A DNA stretch of 64,000 bases, taken from NCBI RefSeq assembly GCF_009914755.1, contig NC_060933.1. One strand, given 5' to 3'. Shown here one piece after another: positions 58,521 to 64,000 of the stretch (its first letter is position 1; each line of letters starts with the position of its first letter). The stretch is from the human T2T-CHM13v2.0 reference genome, Homo sapiens. The translations under genes were made by a program, and so were the position numbers. Below the pieces are notes generated by a model. The model made no database searches. It saw nothing but the letters and a program-made list of their open reading frames with translations, and was not told where the DNA came from.

Positions 58521-60204
58521 CCTTCACCTAGGGGTGTCATTCAAGGCTCATCACAGTGTACCTCCAACTTGATTCCAGTTTCCCATTATGGCTCTTCGTA
58601 TGTTACTGTTAACAGACTGAATTAATTGCCCAAAGTTTCTAGTTCTGTGCTTTTATTTCAGATTAACTTTCTGTGTGGAAAGCTAACCTTCTGCCTCTGC
58701 TCTTTCTTCAATAATGCCTACCCTTAAACCATATCTAGCCTTTAAGATGCACCTGAAGTGCTGTCTCCTCATAGATACACAGTATTTTTCTGCCTCTGTC
58801 TCCAGCTGTAATGAATTAAAAAACACTGAATTTGCCATCATCCAGTCTGGATTTACATTCAGGAGCTATCCCTTACTAACAGAGTGGTTATGTGATACTG
58901 CTTTCCTTGCTTGGCCTCTTTCTCATCTTATTGAAAGACTGGTTTTCTCTGTCTTTCTTTTTTTAACCAAGGAAGTACTGTTGGTTTGTCTTGGAGCATT
59001 CTTCTATAGGTAAATGATGTCGTTTCTTATTTAAATACCTAAAACACTGCTGAGTTAGATTTTTGAGCTGGAATTTTGAAAAGTCCAGAAGGCTACTTAT
59101 TTTATTAGGGAAATATTTAAAGAATAACAGCCCAATGCTCTAAAAATTATTATTCAAGTGCATGAAGACTATTGAGGCAGCCTACAAAAGTTACACATTC
59201 CCCATAGTTCTGCCATGAGGCACCAATATATATTTTATCTCATTTGTAAGTAAGTCTTATTCTGTACAGCACCTATATTTTTGAGAAGTAGTTTGTAAAT
59301 CAAATTTCATGTTCTCATTACCTATAGAGTAATCATAAAGATTAATTTTATAGAATTATTTTCAATTTTTAGTGGCCTCAAATACCTCTGCTGCATGGTA
59401 AGTTATTAACGAACTGTAAATACATATTTAACTTAACATTTTAAAGGTAAGCATTAATGAAGCAAAAACTCTTTGGATTATATTGGTAATAATCACTGAT
59501 TCATTAGTTTTGGAAGTTTAAGTTTTGGTTTTGATGAGCTTTTATCTGTGTTGGAAACTTGTATTCTGACTTCCTTTTAGATTAAAACAAGGGCATAAAT
59601 AAATGCTGACATGAAGGCATGAAGAAACAAAATTGCAGCACAAGATGTCAATTTCAATTGTAGAACAAGGGCATTTTTAGAACTGATATGGTTTCCTTTA
59701 TGTCGATTTCAAACGTTAGTGGTGAATGGTTGTGAACATCTTTAATCAGACTTTTAAAGATGTGAGTATTCATATGGCTTTTAATATTTTTTCCTTTTGC
59801 AGACCACATTGTTTTTTTGATATATCAAGTTCACTAGTAATTCTGAGAAGCAACTAAGTATATGAAATATGATTCATGAAGGTCAGTGTAGCATTGGGTT
59901 AAGAGTGTAAGCACTGCCGGGTGAGGAAGTGCTCATCATATAACAGAGATGGGTGAGAAAGTGCTCATCATATAACAGAGACATGCAGAAAGGACAGAGG
60001 AGTCGATATGAAGAAAGCTGAATGGCTAAGTCTGGGTTGAGTCAAGCAAAAAATAGAAAATAAAAACACTGAATGATGTAAGTTATAAAATAAAATAAAT
60101 ATCCATAAATTTATGCTGATATAACAAAGGAATAAGTGAATGAATAAATGAATGAATGTCAGTAAATAAGTAGAGAGAAAAAGATACCCTTTCTTATGGT
60201 ACAA

Positions 60205-61293
60205 TCTATTAGTTTCCTATTGTTATTGTAACAAATTATGGTGACTCTTCACTTTACATAGTGGATAGATTTTTGAAAACTCTGACTTTTCAACTGGTTC
60301 AGGAAATCAATTTTACCATAGGCTAATTGATATAACAAGAGTTCATTTCCTAGCATATATTGCTGGTCACAAAAAAAAAAATTACCAAACTTCAAAATAA
60401 AGACTAAAAAATTGCTAACATTAAACACTGAAACAAAAGTAAGATAATTATTTACCCAATTATTCCAGTTCAGGGTCACCAGGGGCTAGACTCTATCCTG
60501 GCAACTCAGGAAGCAAGGTGGGAACCAATACTGGACCAGATGCCATTCTATGGCAGAGCACACTCACTCACACATACACATACATACATACAAACACATG
60601 CACACGCATGCACTCACACTCATTCAGACAATTTAGACACATCAATTAACCTGACATGCACATCTTTAGAATGTAAGGGGAAACGCCAGTGCCTGAAGAA
60701 AACTCATTCAGACATAGGAAGGATGTGGCTCTCTGGCCGAAAATCAGTTTAATTTTTTTTCTCATTACTATTACAATGAAATTATGTTGGGCAAAAATGA
60801 TGTTTTTGGAGTAATGTTGTACTACAAATTTATTAAAGAAAACAAATTAATTCTTAAATTAAAAAATTATAGTTCTGGAGGTCAGAAGTTTGAAATGGGT
60901 CTCACTGGGATAAAATCAAGTGTGAGCCGAAGTAGATTTCTTACAGAAAGCTCTAAGGGAGAATACATTTTCTTCCCATTTCCAGCTTCAACAGACTTCC
61001 TGCATTCCTAGGATTGTGGTTCCTTCCATCATCAGTGTCAGGGATAATCAGCAGAATTTTTCCCATATGGATCTGACACAACTCTTCCACATCTCCTCCA
61101 CTTAAAGGACCCTTGTGGTTACATAGGACCATCTGGGCAATCCAAACTGAGCTCCTTTTCTTAAGGTCGTCTGATTAGCCTATATAATTTCATCTACAAT
61201 CTGATTTCCTCCTTGCCATGAAACATAGTATATACACAAGTTCTGGGGTTTAAGACATAGCTATTTTGGGAGGACCATTATTCTGCCTGTCAG
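60205..61293 (-). mobile_element. MLT1D-like LTR interrupted by MER6
   Basis: tattagtttcctattg...gtaacaaatta|ctacaaa...agttctggaggtcagaag...aaggacccttgtggttacat...ccattattctgcct. Confidence 0.85.
60239..60819 (-). mobile_element. MER6/MER6A (Tigger family) DNA transposon
   Basis: TA duplication at 60237-38 and 60820-21; internal ccagttcagggtcacc...gcacatctttagaatgtaaggggaaac...gaagaaaactc. Confidence 0.8.
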
Positions 61294-61524
61294 ATAGAAT
61301 TACACTGATAAATATAAGAGGAATAATGTAAATAAAAATTACCACTTGGAAAACACCATTGTAATAATCATTGTATGCATCAATGTATACTACCATTAGG
61401 GATGATGAAAGGCATACTATTTAAATAGTTTCAAATTATCTCCACACATAATGCTTACTAATTACAAATACGGTAATTAAAATTTTGCATGCAGAAACAT
61501 GACAGACATCACCACAACCAAGAA

Positions 61525-62770
61525 ATCTGTGAGCTATGGGACAACTAGAAGCAACCACATATATGTGTAATTGGAGTCCCCAAAGGAGGGAAGAGAGAGA
61601 AAGAATAACAAGACAGTATTTAAAGAAATAATGACTGAAAATTCTCCACATTCAAAGAAAATTATAAACTCACATATCCCAGGAGCACAAATAACAAGCA
61701 GGAGAAACACGAGGAAAACTACAACAAGGCACATCATAATAAAATTTCTTAAACCAATGATAAAAAAAGTTGTGATCAGACAAACAAAAACAACTCATTA
61801 TGCACAGAGGATAAAAGGTAATGCTGAATACTCATCAGGAAAAATGGAACTCAGAGGAAAGTAAAGCAACATTATTAAAGTATTGAAAAGAGACAAAAAC
61901 AAAATTAAAAACAAGTCGATCTGGAATATTCTATCAACATGAATATATTTAAAATGCTAAAGCAAAATAAAGAATTTTACAGACAAAAAGAGAACCGAAA
62001 GAGCTTGTCTTTGGTCAACTAGCTCTAGAAGAAATGCTTTAAAAAAATCTTTCAAATAGAAGATAGCCAGAAATAATTTAGCACTTACACAAAGAAGTGG
62101 ACAGAATCGGAAATTGTAAATATGTATATAACAATAAAATGCTTTTACTCTCTTTATTAAAACTTATTAAAAAATAAATATCTAACTTTGATTTCTCAAA
62201 AAAGAGTGACAGGGATCATATTTAGTCTCTTACTCCACTGAAACTACCAACAAACAAAATATATGAACCAATGGTTTTCAAGACATCAGGCAATGAAGGG
62301 CAGTGATCCCTGAGAGACAGGAAACAAGGTGAACATTGTAATTGCCACAGCTTATCATCTGGAGAGAGTTTCCAGGCCTAGCAGCAAGAAAAGGAACGCA
62401 GTCTGAACAGAAAAGGTTCCCTAAGTTGAGGAGACAGAAATGAGTCCTAGGAGACCAAGGAGGCTAGAATTCTCAGTACAGAGTAATAGAGAGGAGTTAG
62501 TTGCACAAAGAGAGAACTTTGAACATATACAGGGGGTGCCTCTCAATTTTTTTAGCTCAATATTACTAGAATGCTAATTCCTCCAAAATGGATCTATAGC
62601 TTCAATGCAAATACAATCAAAAACCTAGAAGAGATTTCTGTAGAAGTTAACGTACTACTTCTATAATTTATATGGAAAAGCATGGGGCCTAGAATAGACA
62701 AAATAATTTTGGAAAAAAAAATGAATAGGAGGGACAAACACTACTTGATATTAAGACTTGTTATGAAGCT
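61525..62770 (+). mobile_element. Ancient L1M/L1MD mosaic (ORF1 piece, 5'UTR piece, ORF2 piece)
   Basis: gtaattggagtcccca...aagaaataatgactgaaaatt (ORF1); ggcagtgatccctgagagacagg (5'UTR); ctccaaaatggatctatagcttcaatgca...tatatggaaa (ORF2). Confidence 0.7.
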
Positions 62771-63036
62771 GATATTTTTTAAAGGCATTTTTTTCGGAAT
62801 GCAAGTGTTGCTGATGTTTTGCCTCACCAGCACACTTCTTTTGAGCTCATGTGAGCCAGGGACAGGGAGACATCTGTTTCCCTTCAGGGGCGTCTTCAGT
62901 AGCAGTTTCCTGCCACAAATTCACTCTCCATGTTCTAAATACATATAACCTTGTTCTAGTACTGCCTGTCCTCAAATTGTCCTTTTCTTTTCATTTATTT
63001 TTTAAATTCGGAGCAGCACTACAGAACCTTATAGAT

Positions 63037-63260
63037 CAAGCTTATCCAACCCACGGCCTGTAGGCCTCATGCAGCCCAGCATGGCTTTGAATGTGGCCCA
63101 ACACAAATTTGTGAACTTTCTTAAGACATTATGAGATTTTTCTGTGTGATTTTTTTTTTTTTTAGCCCATCAGTTATCATTAGTGTTAGTGTATTTTATG
63201 TGTGGCCCAAGACAATTCTTTCAGTGTGGCCCAGGGAAGCCAAAAGATTGGACAGTGCTG
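63037..63260 (-). mobile_element. MER30 (hAT-Charlie) MITE
   Basis: caagcttatccaaccc...tggctttgaatgtggcccaacacaaa...gggaagccaaaagattggaca; 8-bp TSD ttatagat / ttgcagat. Confidence 0.92.
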
Positions 63261-63438
63261 TTGCAGATGTATTCAAGAACAATAGATAGAAGGACTAATC
63301 AATTGATCCTGGAAAAACTGCAGATAATGGCCTGGAAAAACTACCACTAATCAGAGGATTCAGGCTACTGAGGACCATGGTTTCTAGAACTTATTAAGGC
63401 TGCCATGAACTTAGAACTCACATACTGTTCTAAGATCT

Positions 63439-63825
63439 TTTAAACCAAAAAAAAATCTGAGATAGATCTCAATCAAGTCAGAAGTTTATTTTGCCAAGAT
63501 TGAGGACACTCCTGGGGAAAAAAAAAAAAAAAAAGGAAAGAAAGAAAGACAAGTTTCAGTTGGATCTGTGGCCTGTGCTTTTTTCCAAAGAAGGTTTTGA
63601 GAACTTCAATATGTAAAGCGGGGAAAGAGGGCAGGAGGGGAAAGAAGAAAAAAAGAGGGAGGGTAGGCAATGAGGCAAGTGGTTACATTTTCGTGAGGCT
63701 TTGATTAGTCTCACTGAATCCACATTTTACATGTGAAAAGGGAGGAAGAGGGGGAAAAAGTCAATTATTCATTCATTCATCTGGCGCTCAGGAAATCTAC
63801 ATTTTATGTAAGATAAAATAAGCCA
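63439..63825. mobile_element. MER4-group ERV1 LTR (partial, interrupted by Alu)
   Basis: taaaccaaaaa...tctgagatagatctcaatcaa...gaagtttattttgccaagattgaggac...cttcaatat. Confidence 0.7.
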
Positions 63826-64000
63826 GGCTGGGTGCAGTGGCTCATGCCTGTAATCCCACAACTTTGGGAGGCCAAGGCAGATGGATCACAAGGTCAGAAG
63901 TTTGAGACCAGCCTGGCCAATGTGGTGAAACCCCGTCTCTACTAAAATATAAAAAATTATATATTTTTGAGTGGAGGTGTGTGCCTGTAGTCCCAGCTAC
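63826..64000 (+). mobile_element. AluSg-like, running off the window
   Basis: ggctgggtgcagtggctca...ggatcacaaggtcag...gagaccagcctggccaa. Confidence 0.93.

Larger units (their letters stand above)
59919..61520 (+). mobile_element. L1MC4-type 3' fragment interrupted by MLT1D and MER6
   Basis: ggaagtgctca...aatatccataaatttatgctgatata; resumes at 61294 tagaatt...attaccactt...tgcttactaattacaaa. Confidence 0.65.

Overview
AT-rich, repeat-dominated, gene-poor primate DNA, almost certainly human, because it carries a diagnostic human-specific AluYb8. I see no host protein-coding exon, CpG island, tRNA/rRNA gene or CRISPR array. The only ORFs I recognise as protein-derived are broken LINE-1 ORF2/ORF1 and Tigger1 transposase pieces; the rest are chance or microsatellite ORFs. 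The window is a dense retro/DNA-transposon fossil record: two MaLR proviruses (THE1B-like, MSTA/THE1D-like), a near-complete Tigger1 with four nested insertions, two 5'-inverted L1PA3/4 copies, a near-complete HAL1, 11 Alus, many MIR/L2/old-L1 fragments and MITEs. I find no evidence for a new multi-gene biological system. The best leads are: (1) a truncated THE1B 3' LTR that keeps a DUX4 motif and TATA box, has lost its poly(A) signal and abuts a strong splice donor, making it a candidate LTR-driven first exon; (2) an unidentified A-tailed ~146-bp insert with a TSD inside an MLT1B LTR; (3) a probable L1 3' transduction; (4) a possibly polymorphic AluYb8; (5) a 92-bp TA-flanked hairpin. Repeat subfamily names come from my recollection of consensus sequences, and boundaries of ancient repeats are approximate; RepeatMasker/Dfam would settle both.
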